Source: Escherichia coli (GTDB taxonomy: Bacteria; Pseudomonadota; Gammaproteobacteria; Enterobacterales; Enterobacteriaceae). Taken from it: 64,000 nt of DNA. The first letter of the stretch is position 1. Each line of letters opens with the position of its first letter. Positions 39,055 to 48,422 of this stretch are shown here, piece after piece. The stretch lies in assembly GCF_003790525.1 (NCBI RefSeq), contig NZ_CP033635.1; one strand, 5' to 3'. The notes beneath the pieces were generated by a model. That model ran no database searches and was not told the DNA's origin. It saw only the letters and a program-made list of their open reading frames with translations. The position numbers and the translations under genes are program-made.

Positions 39055-39229
39055 AACATTCTCCCTCTGAGACGGAAGCCACTATAGTACTCGCCCGCCA
39101 ATTAAGCAAAGAAACTTTGCTTAATTTTTATTTATAGCAATGTTATTTGTTTTGATGTCATTCGCCTTCTATACTCAGTCGGTATATCAAACCGCAATTG
39201 ATTAACCTGCAAATAAGAATAAAACTGAT

Positions 39230-40123
39230 ATGTACTACTCAAAGTTTCTTGAGAAACACAAATCCCCCCTCAGCCACGCACAATGGTTGCGCTTGCGCTA
39301 TATTGAGCGCCAGCTACTGTGGGAACGAAAGGTCACTTCGCGCATGATTGCTGAAGAGTTTGGCGTCTCGGCGCAACAAGCTCGTACTGATGTAAGAACC
39401 TATATGGAGGTCGCTCCAGGCAATGCTATTGAGAAGGGGGCCGGCCGAAAAGGGTATTTCCCCAGTACGACGTTTACGCCTGTTTTGCTGGGAGACAACG
39501 ATCTGGTCTGGCGTACGACGGTAGAATTTCAACCGCCGCAAGCGGCCCACGCGCAGGAAATCCCGCTCATCCATCGCGCAGTGCATAGCCGCACGCTGGC
39601 AATTTTTTTGTCAGCAATCGAACAGAAAGGACAAGTAAAAGTGACTTATGCGTCAATGGAAAACCCGGAAGGCATATCTCGTACACTAAGCCCTACGGTA
39701 ATTATCACCGTTAACGGGCGTCAGCATGTGCGAGCCTATGACTGGGGAAGTTCGGCGTTTAAGGACTTTGTTTTGGCGCGATTTCTGGACTTGCCGGAAC
39801 TGATTGTTCCTGCACCCGCCCCGCCACGCAAAGATACCGCGTGGGAGGTCATAATCCCCGTGCGTTTTATAGCCAATCCAACACTAAACAAAGCGCAACA
39901 AGAGGTAATTAAGCGGGACTATTTACTTGAACCCTCTGAATTCAACATTCGTGCACCAATGATTTTTTATTTATGCCCTGAAAACAATCTGCCTAAAACA
40001 GATGATGAATATGCACAAGCTACTGACGCCAGCAGCCACGGCCCCTTTATCTACCCTGTTCTAGCTGTGCACGCCCAAACAGGGGAGCCTATTCATAAGT
40101 ACCGCCATGCAGGTGAGAGATAG
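39230..40123 (+). CDS. Candidate HTH/WYL-domain transcriptional regulator, divergent from the Wadjet operon
   Basis: 297 aa ORF with an N-terminal HTH-like segment (SRMIAEEFGVSAQQARTDVRTY) and a central region resembling a WYL domain. Divergently transcribed from the jetA-like gene with a 175-bp shared intergenic region. Confidence 0.4.
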   Translation: MYYSKFLEKHKSPLSHAQWLRLRYIERQLLWERKVTSRMIAEEFGVSAQQARTDVRTYMEVAPGNAIEKGAGRKGYFPSTTFTPVLLGDNDLVWRTTVEFQPPQAAHAQEIPLIHRAVHSRTLAIFLSAIEQKGQVKVTYASMENPEGISRTLSPTVIITVNGRQHVRAYDWGSSAFKDFVLARFLDLPELIVPAPAPPRKDTAWEVIIPVRFIANPTLNKAQQEVIKRDYLLEPSEFNIRAPMIFYLCPENNLPKTDDEYAQATDASSHGPFIYPVLAVHAQTGEPIHKYRHAGER

Positions 40124-40269
40124 ACATTCTGTTTACTAATAATTTATAGCCATTCACTGTTCCTGCATCATAGATATGGTGCAGCAACATTAAACACCAG
40201 CCATCTAAAAATTATGATTTATTAATTTCTGATTCAGTTAAATTCCTCTGAAAATAGATCCGTTATAGT

Positions 40270-40530
40270 TCCATGCATCTTTTGAAATCCCGACCAAATA
40301 ATGGGGTCGGCAAACATCTATTTGAGACGTTGGTTCTCATCCTCAAGATCTTTGATTATTTTAATATCAGAAGATTCCATACCACCGTATCTGGACTTCC
40401 AGTTGTAGTAAGTGGCTCAGAGAAGCCTGCCTCCCGGCAGACATCTTTAACAGTTCGCCCGTATTCAAGCGATTTAATCACGGCGATAATCTGATGCTCA
40501 GTAAAAGGGGCTTTACGCATAGCGATCTCC
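40270..40530 (-). pseudogene. IS3-family transposase OrfA remnant (frameshifted and truncated)
   Basis: Minus-strand translation MRKAPFTEHQIIAVIKSLEYGRTVKDVCREAGFSE..., then a frame break, then ...DIKIIKDLEDENQRLK*. Only about 260 bp of the element remains. Confidence 0.5.
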
Positions 40531-40594
40531 TTCATTGGCAGATTGATTATGCCGGAGGATCTCTAAATGTTAATGGCACGATTATGCGGGATAT

Positions 40595-41500
40595 TTACAA
40601 TACCAGTCCAACCCTCAGCTTACTGCAATGCCCATCAAGAGGGATGGTCCACATTGACGTATCAAAATCGCTCTCTGACCAGCGAGCAAAACGCAGCTCA
40701 CTGGATCGAATAAAGATAAGCAGAGTGAGTTCTGTCGCCCAGCGGGTTAGCGGCCTGCCGGTATAGCTGTCTATTTTCTCAAGTAACTCAGGGATGCGCT
40801 TTAACTCCAGCGCCGGACGATGCTGTCGATTACTGGAAGCAACCGCCCCCGCCATCTCCTGCGCCGGATTGTAATGAATTAACCCGCTTTGCACTGCATA
40901 ACGCATGATGGCCGTGGTGCGCTGTTGAAGGCGGGAAGCCACTTCAAAACGTCCAGATTTCTCCACGGCTTTAATGGGAATTAACAGATCGCGGGTGCCC
41001 AGTTCAGCAATATTGCGAGCACCAATTGTTGGGAAGATATTGTCCTCCAGGCTCTTTTTTCCACGATTAGCATGATCTTCCGACCATTTTTGGTTTGTCA
41101 CGAGCCACTCTCTGGCAACCTTCTCGAAAGTAATAATCTCTTTCGCCTGCTCTTCTTTCACAGCACGTTTATGCTCACGAGGATCGATACCAGCAGCGAC
41201 CAGCTTTCTGGCCTCTTCCCTTTTCTTCCGCGCATCCGCCAGCGAAACATCCGGGTAAACGCCGAACGCCATCAAATGTTGTTTACCACCAAAACGGAAA
41301 CGAAATCACCAATACTTTGAACCGCCAGGTTTTACAAGTAAAGACATGCCGTCGCCGTCAACAAGTGAATACTCTTTCTCCTCTGACTTCACAGAACGAA
41401 CTTTAGTATCCGTTAGGGCAATAATGGTCTTCCTTCCATTGGTATCTCGTGAGTATACAAGCAATATCGAATCGGCAAATATACTCATAAGTATACTCAC
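40595..41500 (-). pseudogene. P4-type tyrosine integrase, decayed (frameshifted, catalytic C-terminus missing)
   Basis: Two ORF fragments: 41306-41500 (...LTDTKVRSVKSEEKEYSLVDGDGMSLLVKPGGSKYW) and 40595-41275 (...GVYPDVSLADARKKREEARKLVAAGIDP...RFARWSE...). Both resemble the N-terminal two-thirds of the intact integrase at 51562-52815. Confidence 0.6.
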
Positions 41501-41622
41501 AAGCCTGTTGATGTGGGTTGAGTCAGGTTGACTTCAGTTGAGAAGAAAAGCTGGAAAAGCCTTGCGTGGCGCGGATTTCAGGCATAAAAAAAGACCTCAG
41601 TTGAGGTCTATTTACATACTTT

Positions 41623-41645
41623 TGGTGCGAAGGCCGGACTCAAAC
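41623..41645. repeat. Degenerate copy of the leuX 3' end (att remnant / tandem-island junction)
   Basis: tggtgcgaaggccggactcaaac matches the leuX 3' end tggtgccgaaggccggactcgaac at 52979-53002 except for one deletion and one substitution. Confidence 0.6.
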
Positions 41646-41847
41646 ATCAAAATAAGTTAATGATAAAAAACAAATAATAAAACACAACAATGAAATATGC
41701 CCCCTTTTGTGCCCCCACTGTTTTTCTGACCAATCTATTTTCAGCCCATCAATAAATCGGAAAGTTAAATCATTTTTAATCAGTAAGTTTGGATCCGTAG
41801 CTCGGCTCCAAACCAGTGCATCTTTTATCCACATAAAAAATTTTTTT

Positions 41848-42135
41848 TCGAAAGAACTGTTCACACTGTTCACCTTTCTGTTTTCTCCTTTTATTTCATA
41901 GTGATAGGTGGTGAATAATGGGTGAAGGGTGAACATTCGATTCTTCACCTCCGGCATTCTGCCGGTGTGACTTGTGCAGGGGATTAATTTCCCGTGCTGA
42001 AATCACACCGGAAGAAAAAAGTTTTTTTTGATTTGATTGTTCACACTGTTCACCTTTCGTTTTTCTCTTTTAATTTCAGTGTGATAACGGGTGAATATAC
42101 GGTGAAGGGTGAACAGTGGATTGTTCACCTTCGGG
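41848..42135. repeat. P4 crr-like cis-replication region: two roughly 110-bp direct repeats carrying TGTTCACC iterons
   Basis: Near-identical units at about 41848-41950 and 42020-42135 separated by about 70 bp. Each contains TGTTCAC(A/C)CTGTTCACC and inverted GGTGAA copies. Confidence 0.6.
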
Positions 42136-42146
42136 GAATTCAGGGA

Positions 42147-42172
42147 TAAAAAAAGACCGGCAGATGCCGGTC
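42147..42172 (-). terminator. Intrinsic terminator downstream of the alpha gene
   Basis: GACCGGCA..TGCCGGTC hairpin followed on the minus strand by a T7 run, a few nt after the alpha stop. Confidence 0.55.
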
Positions 42173-42179
42173 AGGTGGG

Positions 42180-44513
42180 TCAGGCTGTTGCAGGGTCGTC
42201 ACATTTTGGCAGCCAGTCGCCGTAGCTTTCCTCTTTCAGCGTCAGGTTGGTCTGTATCCCCTGTTTGGTATGGCGCTTCTCGTAATTCAGTCCGTATTCC
42301 TTCAGCATCACCGGCAGCCCCAGCCCGAACATTTTCAGACTGAGTACATTCCGGTAGCCGTTTGCCTCCATGTAGGCCAGATAGGCGTGATAGAGGTATT
42401 TACGGTAATTGCGCGGGATGATACTGGCGTTCCCCATATACATGCCGCTGGTCTGCGGCAGGGTTTCCAGATAGCCGATAAAATCAAACGTCGGGTCGGC
42501 ATCCCGTTTGATGTTCAGTGCCTCGTCTGAGTTCTGCTGGGACTGAAGCAGTGACCGGGCGAGCATCGGGTCGCTGAACTTCTGCATCAGGTGACGCACG
42601 ATGACCGCCAGCTCGCGGGTGATTTTGTCCTTAAGCTGCGGGTCGCGCTCCTGCGGGGCTATCTGTTCCGGGAAGTGAATAATCACCCGCCGGCGTGACA
42701 CGCCGCCGCTGCGGTCGGTGAAGCGCATCGGGTTATTGTTCACGGCCAGAATTACCGCCGGGATATGCGTGGAGTATGCATCCCGGTATTTCGGGTCAAC
42801 GGACACCGCATCGCCGCCGGTGATGGCCTTGAGTCCGGCACCGTCGCCGCTCCATTTTTCCTGGTCCGGCAGGCGTATCAGTGAGAAGCCAGTTAACGCG
42901 GCACGTTCACGCGGGGATTCCAGCGTCTCGATGGTGGCCGACGTGGCGTTATCCTCCCCGGCCAGCAGGGTGGCTATTTCGGCCATGATACTTTTGCCGC
43001 TGCCGCCGGGACCGGTCACCTCCAGAAAGAGCTGCCAGTCGTAGCGGTTTGCCAGCACCATAAACAGTGCGGCCAGAATCACGTCGCGTTTTTCCGCACG
43101 GCCACCGGCGGCACGGTCAAGCCAGCACCAGAACGCGGGGGCGTGGGTCTCCAGCGTTTCACCGTCCACCGGCGGGGTGAAATCCACATCGCACAGGGTG
43201 CGCATCCAGTGTGACGGACTGTGCGGGTGGAACGTGCCGTTCTGCGTGTCGAGCACGCCGTTACGAAAGCCAATCAGGCGGCGGGAGGGGGCTTCCTGCT
43301 GCGGAATAATCAGCTTCAGGGTGTCCACCACGGAGGCCACCTTCCCGGAGGAGAACGGCGCGCGCAGACGCTGAAACAGCCCGGCCACATCCCGGGCAAA
43401 GTCCTGTGGTGGCAGCACCTTCCAGACACCATTTTCATAACGGGACAGAAGCTGGCCGTTGGCATCGACCGCGAGCGCCTCGCCGTAATGCTCATAGATA
43501 CGCATGGCCTTTTCGCTGGTACTCATGGCGGAAAACTCCGCTTCACTCATGGTGTCGAACGGGCTTTCAGCCGGTGGCCGGATGGCATCGTAAATGGCCT
43601 TACGGGTGGCCTCCCCGCCGTACTGCGTGAAGGCATCATTCCAGTCACCGAAGACCGGTGGCAGGGCAACAACACCTTCACACGCATCTGCGGCTGCGGC
43701 GGCTTTTTTCTGGCCATCACCGCTGAGGTCACGGTCAGCGGCAAGGACAATCTGACAGGCGGGGTGCTTCTGCCGGGCAAGGCTGGCCAGAGAAAGGAGG
43801 TTCACGGAAGAAAGCGCCACCATCACCGTTTCACCGGTCAGGTGATGCACGGTAAGTGCGGTCGCGTATCCCTCCGCTATCCACAGACGTTTTCCGGCCT
43901 GATTCTGTCCTTCAAGGATGTGACAGGTGCCCCTGACCTGTCCGCCTTTCAGGGTGCGCTTACGGCCGTCAGCACTGATTAACTGAAGGTTAACCAGTTC
44001 GCCGCTGTCGTCATACAGTGGCACCACAAGGTCACCGGCGCGCCAGCTCACGCCACCGGCTCTGTGTGTGCCGGTCAGCATCCGGCATTCCCGGCCGGGA
44101 AAGCCCTTGCGGGTCAGGTAGGCGTTACCGGTTCCGGGACGGGTTTTCGCCATCAGGGTTTGTGCCAGTGCGGCGGCGTTCTTCCGGGCAGCGTCTGTTT
44201 CAGCACCGGCGGCAGCCGTCACTGCCGGGTCAGCCGGGGGCAGGCTGCCGGTCACGGCAGCCACCTTTGTGGCCGCGTCGGACGGGGAGACACCAAACAC
44301 CTTTTCAACCAGTTTCAGGCCGTCACCGGCACCACACTGATTGCAGTACCAGGTGCCGCGCCCCTCCCTGTCATCAAAACGGAAGCGGTCACTCCCGCCA
44401 CAGACCGGACAGGGCTGATGACGGTTCTTCAGCACCTGAATCCCCAGCGCCGGGAGAATACGCGGCCAGTGGCCGAGCGCATGGCTGACGGTGGCGGTTA
44501 CGTTCATTTTCAT
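42180..44513 (-). CDS. alpha: P4 alpha-like primase-helicase
   Basis: 777 aa ORF with an N-terminal zinc-binding primase motif (CPVCGGSDRF...YCNQCGAGDG), next to the TGTTCACC iteron clusters. Confidence 0.8.
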   Translation of the reverse strand: MKMNVTATVSHALGHWPRILPALGIQVLKNRHQPCPVCGGSDRFRFDDREGRGTWYCNQCGAGDGLKLVEKVFGVSPSDAATKVAAVTGSLPPADPAVTAAAGAETDAARKNAAALAQTLMAKTRPGTGNAYLTRKGFPGRECRMLTGTHRAGGVSWRAGDLVVPLYDDSGELVNLQLISADGRKRTLKGGQVRGTCHILEGQNQAGKRLWIAEGYATALTVHHLTGETVMVALSSVNLLSLASLARQKHPACQIVLAADRDLSGDGQKKAAAAADACEGVVALPPVFGDWNDAFTQYGGEATRKAIYDAIRPPAESPFDTMSEAEFSAMSTSEKAMRIYEHYGEALAVDANGQLLSRYENGVWKVLPPQDFARDVAGLFQRLRAPFSSGKVASVVDTLKLIIPQQEAPSRRLIGFRNGVLDTQNGTFHPHSPSHWMRTLCDVDFTPPVDGETLETHAPAFWCWLDRAAGGRAEKRDVILAALFMVLANRYDWQLFLEVTGPGGSGKSIMAEIATLLAGEDNATSATIETLESPRERAALTGFSLIRLPDQEKWSGDGAGLKAITGGDAVSVDPKYRDAYSTHIPAVILAVNNNPMRFTDRSGGVSRRRVIIHFPEQIAPQERDPQLKDKITRELAVIVRHLMQKFSDPMLARSLLQSQQNSDEALNIKRDADPTFDFIGYLETLPQTSGMYMGNASIIPRNYRKYLYHAYLAYMEANGYRNVLSLKMFGLGLPVMLKEYGLNYEKRHTKQGIQTNLTLKEESYGDWLPKCDDPATA

Positions 44514-44527
44514 GGTGTTGTTCTCCT

Positions 44528-44848
44528 TCAGTGCAGTACCGGCGCTTTTATGTGACGGGCACAGAGTTCATCCATCACAACCAGCCCGAGAAAGGACAGC
44601 GACGGCGCGGCCTTCAGGGGGCCGGATTCCATTAAATCTTCCAGCAGGGCACAGGCTATCTGACGCCCTTTTTCCTCACCGTGCTGGCGCAGATAAAAGC
44701 CTTCCAGCTCAGCGGCGATGGCCGCCTCCAGTGACTCAAGGGTGAGATGCGGGTAGCGGTGCTGACGTTCGCACACGGTCAGCCAGGCACAGGCGACAGC
44801 GCGACGGTAAAGGGCAGCGCGTAAGACGGGCGGTAAGGGTGTTTTCAT
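44528..44848 (-). CDS. Small P4-type protein (orf106/Cnr-like), function uncertain
   Basis: 106 aa ORF immediately upstream of alpha in the same operon. Confidence 0.45.
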
Positions 44849-44983
44849 TTGTTTTCCTCCCTGTGACAGATGACTGCATTCCGTGCCGGTTGCATTAACT
44901 GATAAGGCATATCTGCGTCTCCTGAAGACGTGCGTATCCCTGCGCGAATACGCACATTTAATTTTTCGGGTGTCGTTTTTTAA

Positions 44984-45439
44984 TTACAGATAATTGCGGT
45001 AACTGTTATCCGGGGTGATTTCCGGGTCAGGCTCCGTGCGGGGAATTTCCCGCCATTCCCGCGCCACCGGTGCCGCCCGGCTGACCGGAACAGTGTCCTG
45101 CGGGTAAATATCCAGATATTTCTCCCGCCATTTCTGTAATTCCGGGTCTCCGGCCATTTCTTTCAGTACCGCATGCCGGTTTACGGGGCTGCGTTTGAAC
45201 AGGTCAGGACGGTCACAGGTAAATTCCCGCAGAAAACGCCCCAGCGGGATGTCTGTGGTGCGCCCGTCGGCGAGGATACGCACAAGGATACTGAATTTAC
45301 GGCGGTACGGGTTCCAGACAATGTCCGGGCAGCGGTACGGCATTTCCCACGGAATACCGTCTTCCAGAATGCCGACCACGGCCACATCGGGAAAACCGGC
45401 AGAACGGTAAATCTCACCGGGCTGGGGAAAATCAAACAT
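44984..45439 (-). CDS. P4 orf151-like protein
   Basis: 151 aa ORF in the epsilon-alpha operon position. Confidence 0.45.
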   Translation of the reverse strand: MFDFPQPGEIYRSAGFPDVAVVGILEDGIPWEMPYRCPDIVWNPYRRKFSILVRILADGRTTDIPLGRFLREFTCDRPDLFKRSPVNRHAVLKEMAGDPELQKWREKYLDIYPQDTVPVSRAAPVAREWREIPRTEPDPEITPDNSYRNYL

Positions 45440-45719
45440 GCGTCCTGTCTCCCCGGTCTTTCTGCTGGGCGAGAAAATCGCGGCACAGGCCTTTGGCTTT
45501 CAGCTCATTCAGCACAAAATCAATATCTTCATTCAGGTAGCTGAAAATATGCGGAATGTAGAGCTGATGCAGGCCGGAGAGTTCACGGTGAATCAAATCA
45601 CCCCCAACAAACTGGGATACGGCGCTGGCGCGGTTGAGCTTATGGTAAGCCTCAATGCTGAGGTGTTCACGGGCGTCATGACGCGCTGAGACGGTCTGAG
45701 GGGCTTTTTTATTACGCAC
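45432..45719 (-). CDS. P4 epsilon-like small protein (putative GTG start)
   Basis: 95-codon frame beginning at a GTG at 45719..45717 ([20 protein letters not shown]...). The longer track ORF 45432-45959 has an implausible N-terminal extension. Confidence 0.35.
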   Translation of the reverse strand: MRNKKAPQTVSARHDAREHLSIEAYHKLNRASAVSQFVGGDLIHRELSGLHQLYIPHIFSYLNEDIDFVLNELKAKGLCRDFLAQQKDRGDRTHV

Positions 45720-46298
45720 GGGACACCTCCACCACCGGCAGACGGGCAGCAAGGGAGAGCACATAGTCACGGACAAGGGAACGGCGGGCGCTGCGTTCAT
45801 CACCGGCGACGGTGCGAAGCATGCAGATACGGGGATGACGGTCTGCGCGACGGACAGCCGCAAACACAAAGACAAATTCAGGGTGTGAGGGGGTAAGGGT
45901 TGTAGCCATAAGGCAGCCTCCTTCGAGTAGCAAATAACTGCTATCGCCGGAGTTCTCACGCTCGATGGCGATAGCCCAGACGGGGGTGAGAATACCGGCC
46001 TCGAAGAATACCGGCCAGCCCGGAGGCTGCCCCGCCTGAGCTACCATTGACTCAGTGGCATAACATGCGATTGCGAACAGGATAATACCTGCACGGCAAA
46101 CCACACGCCACACCATAATCTGGCGCTCTGTGGCGTTGATTGCGACACAAAAAAAGACGCATGGCGCGTCATATGTCGCCTTCGAGTTACACGGGTTCTC
46201 ACGCCCGGCTGCCGATTTTGCGGCAACGGAAAGACTATATCCGCAAATGCCGGAAAAAGGCAAGCCAGAAAAAGGGAGTTTTTGCAGAGCGGGCATCA

Positions 46299-46565
46299 TC
46301 ATGCGTCATACCCCCGTTTGCGTCCGGCAATGCGGCCGGCCATCCATGCGGTGACTTCAGAGTGCAGCCAGGCCACATTTTTACCGCCAAGACTCACCTG
46401 CGGCGGAAATTCCCCCTTACGGATGAGTTCGTAGATGGTCGAGCGTGACAGGCCGCACAGGTGCATCACTTCCGGAAGACGCAAAAAACGCTCCTGTGTG
46501 ATGTCCGGCTGCGGCATCAGTGGCGTCACAGGGGCGGGAGACGGGGAAGAAAAAACAGCTTGCAT
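46299..46565 (-). CDS. vis: Vis/AlpA-family small DNA-binding regulator
   Basis: 88 aa ORF with an AlpA-type HTH ([26 protein letters not shown]), at the head of the leftward operon. Confidence 0.6.
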   Translation of the reverse strand: MQAVFSSPSPAPVTPLMPQPDITQERFLRLPEVMHLCGLSRSTIYELIRKGEFPPQVSLGGKNVAWLHSEVTAWMAGRIAGRKRGYDA

Positions 46566-46844
46566 CGGGCTACCTCGTTAATGTCCATACAGCACCGGAT
46601 AAGTCTGTCCGGCTTCGGGTAGCGCTTTATTTTGTGAATATTTTCAGCAGACGCAACAGGGGGGATTTGTTCCGGCAGCCTTACAATGCTTGTGTGTTTT
46701 TTGTTCATCTCCACTTAAAGTCATTTAAAGCCACTTAAAGCAATTCGTAATTTTTATAGTGAAATACAAATCGTTTTTTCTTATTCATTCCCGGCGAATT
46801 AATAAAAACAAACAGTAGTAAACAGCACAAAAAGCCCATCAACG

Positions 46845-46948
46845 GGTGAACAGTGGTGAACAGACGGTGAACAGTCATTACTGCGATTGTTCACCCTTTA
46901 ACTTACTGTATTACTTATCTTTTTTCTTATGGCGAACAGAGGTGAACA
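46845..46948. repeat. ori-like iteron cluster (GGTGAACAG repeats)
   Basis: Three tandem GGTGAACAG copies at 46845-46874 with 1-2 bp spacers, an inverted TGTTCACC at 46888-46895, and further copies at 46932-46948. Confidence 0.5.
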
Positions 46949-47117
46949 GTAAAATATAAAAAAACAAACAGTAAGACGGTTTTTCCTGCGACCTTTTCCT
47001 GGCTTGCCGGTGTGAGGATGAGTCTCCTGTGTCAGGGCTGGCACATCTGCAATGCGTCGTGTTGTTGTCCGGTGTACGTCACAATTTTCTTAACCTGAAG
47101 TGACGAGGAGCCGGAAA

Positions 47118-47852
47118 ATGTCTGACAACACCATCCCTGAATATCTGCAACCCGCGCTGGCACAACTGGAAAAGGCCAGAGCCGCCCATCTTGAGAACGC
47201 CCGCCTGATGGATGAGACCGTCACGGCCATTGAACGGGCAGAGCAGGAAAAAAATGCGCTGGCGCAGGCCGACGGAAACGACGCTGACGACTGGCGCACG
47301 GCCTTTCGTGCAGCCGGTGGTGTCCTGAGCGACGAGCTGAAACAGCGCCACATTGAGCGCGTGGCACGCCGGGAGCTGGTACAGGAATATGACAATCTGG
47401 CCGTGGTGCTGAATTTTGAACGCGAACGCCTGAAAGGGGCGTGTGACAGCACGGCCACCGCCTACCGGAAGGCACATCATCACCTGCTGAGTCTGTATGC
47501 AGAGCATGAGCTGGAACACGCCCTGAATGAAACCTGTGAGGCGCTTGTCCGGGCAATGCATCTGAGCATTCTGGTACAGGAAAATCCGCTCGCCAACACC
47601 ACCGGGCATCAGGGCTACGTCGCACCCGATAAAGCTGTCATGCAGCAGGTGAAATCATCGCTGGAACAGAAAATAAAACAGATGCAAATCAGCCTCACCG
47701 GCGAGCCGGTTCTCCGGCTGACCGGACTGTCAGCGGCAACACTCCCGCACATGGATTATGAGGTGGCAGGCACACCGGCACAGCGCAAGGTGTGGCAGGA
47801 CAAAATAGACCAGCAGGGAGCAGTGCTTAAGGCCAGAGGACTGCTGTCATGA
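47118..47852 (+). CDS. sid: P4 Sid-like capsid size determination protein
   Basis: 244 aa from the internal ATG (MSDNTIPEYLQPALAQLEKARAAHLENARLMDE...). Stop overlaps the delta start (ATGA). Confidence 0.75.
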   Translation: MSDNTIPEYLQPALAQLEKARAAHLENARLMDETVTAIERAEQEKNALAQADGNDADDWRTAFRAAGGVLSDELKQRHIERVARRELVQEYDNLAVVLNFERERLKGACDSTATAYRKAHHHLLSLYAEHELEHALNETCEALVRAMHLSILVQENPLANTTGHQGYVAPDKAVMQQVKSSLEQKIKQMQISLTGEPVLRLTGLSAATLPHMDYEVAGTPAQRKVWQDKIDQQGAVLKARGLLS

Positions 47853-48349
47853 TTTACTGCCCGTCGTGTGGACATGTTGCTCACACCCGTCGCGCACATT
47901 TCATGGACGATGGCACCAAGATAATGATTGCACAGTGCCGGAATATTTATTGCTCTGCGACATTTGAAGCGAGTGAAAGCTTTTTCTCTGACAGTAAAGA
48001 TTCAGGAATGGAATACATTTCAGGCAAACAGAGATACCGCGATTCACTGACGTCAGCCTCCGGCAGTATGAAACGCCCGAAAAGAATGCTTGTTACCGGA
48101 TATTGTTGTCGGAGATGTAAAGGCCTTGCACTGTCAAGAACATCGCGGCGTCTGTCTCAGGAAGTCACCGAGCGTTTTTATGTGTGCACGGATCCGGGCT
48201 GTGGTCTGGTGTTTAAAACGCTTCAGACCATCAACCGCTTCATTGTCCGCCCGGTCACACCGGACGAACTGGCAGAAAGCCTGCATGAAAAACAGGAACT
48301 GCCGCCAGTACGGTTAAAAACACAATCATATTCGCTGCGTCTGGAATGA
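47849..48349 (+). CDS. delta: P4 Delta-like late-gene activator (tandem Ogr-type zinc fingers)
   Basis: 166 aa ORF with two zinc-finger modules (MIYCPSCGHVAH...CRNIYC and CCRRCKGLAL...CTDPGC). Confidence 0.8.
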   Translation: MIYCPSCGHVAHTRRAHFMDDGTKIMIAQCRNIYCSATFEASESFFSDSKDSGMEYISGKQRYRDSLTSASGSMKRPKRMLVTGYCCRRCKGLALSRTSRRLSQEVTERFYVCTDPGCGLVFKTLQTINRFIVRPVTPDELAESLHEKQELPPVRLKTQSYSLRLE

Positions 48350-48422
48350 GGGCTGCCGGTTAACACCGGCCGTCGCCGCACACCGTATTTTTATTCTTCA
48401 GCATGATGAGAAAGAGATAACG

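Noticed and set aside
41848-42135. Possible CRISPR array suggested by repeated TGTTCACC-containing units
   Set aside because: Only two long (about 110 bp) direct repeats with internal iterons and no regular short repeat-spacer periodicity; matches the P4 crr organisation instead.
43221-44555. Plus-strand ORFs of 150-250 aa inside the alpha gene
   Set aside because: Antisense to a 777 aa primase-helicase with clear motifs; GC-rich antisense frames often stay open.
45712-46302. 196 aa minus-strand ORF between the epsilon-like and vis-like genes
   Set aside because: Implausible composition and no conserved motifs; the position corresponds to the P4 immunity/CI RNA region. Kept as a finding, not a CDS.
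47079-47625. Minus-strand ORFs of 122-176 aa overlapping sid
   Set aside because: Antisense to the well-supported sid gene.
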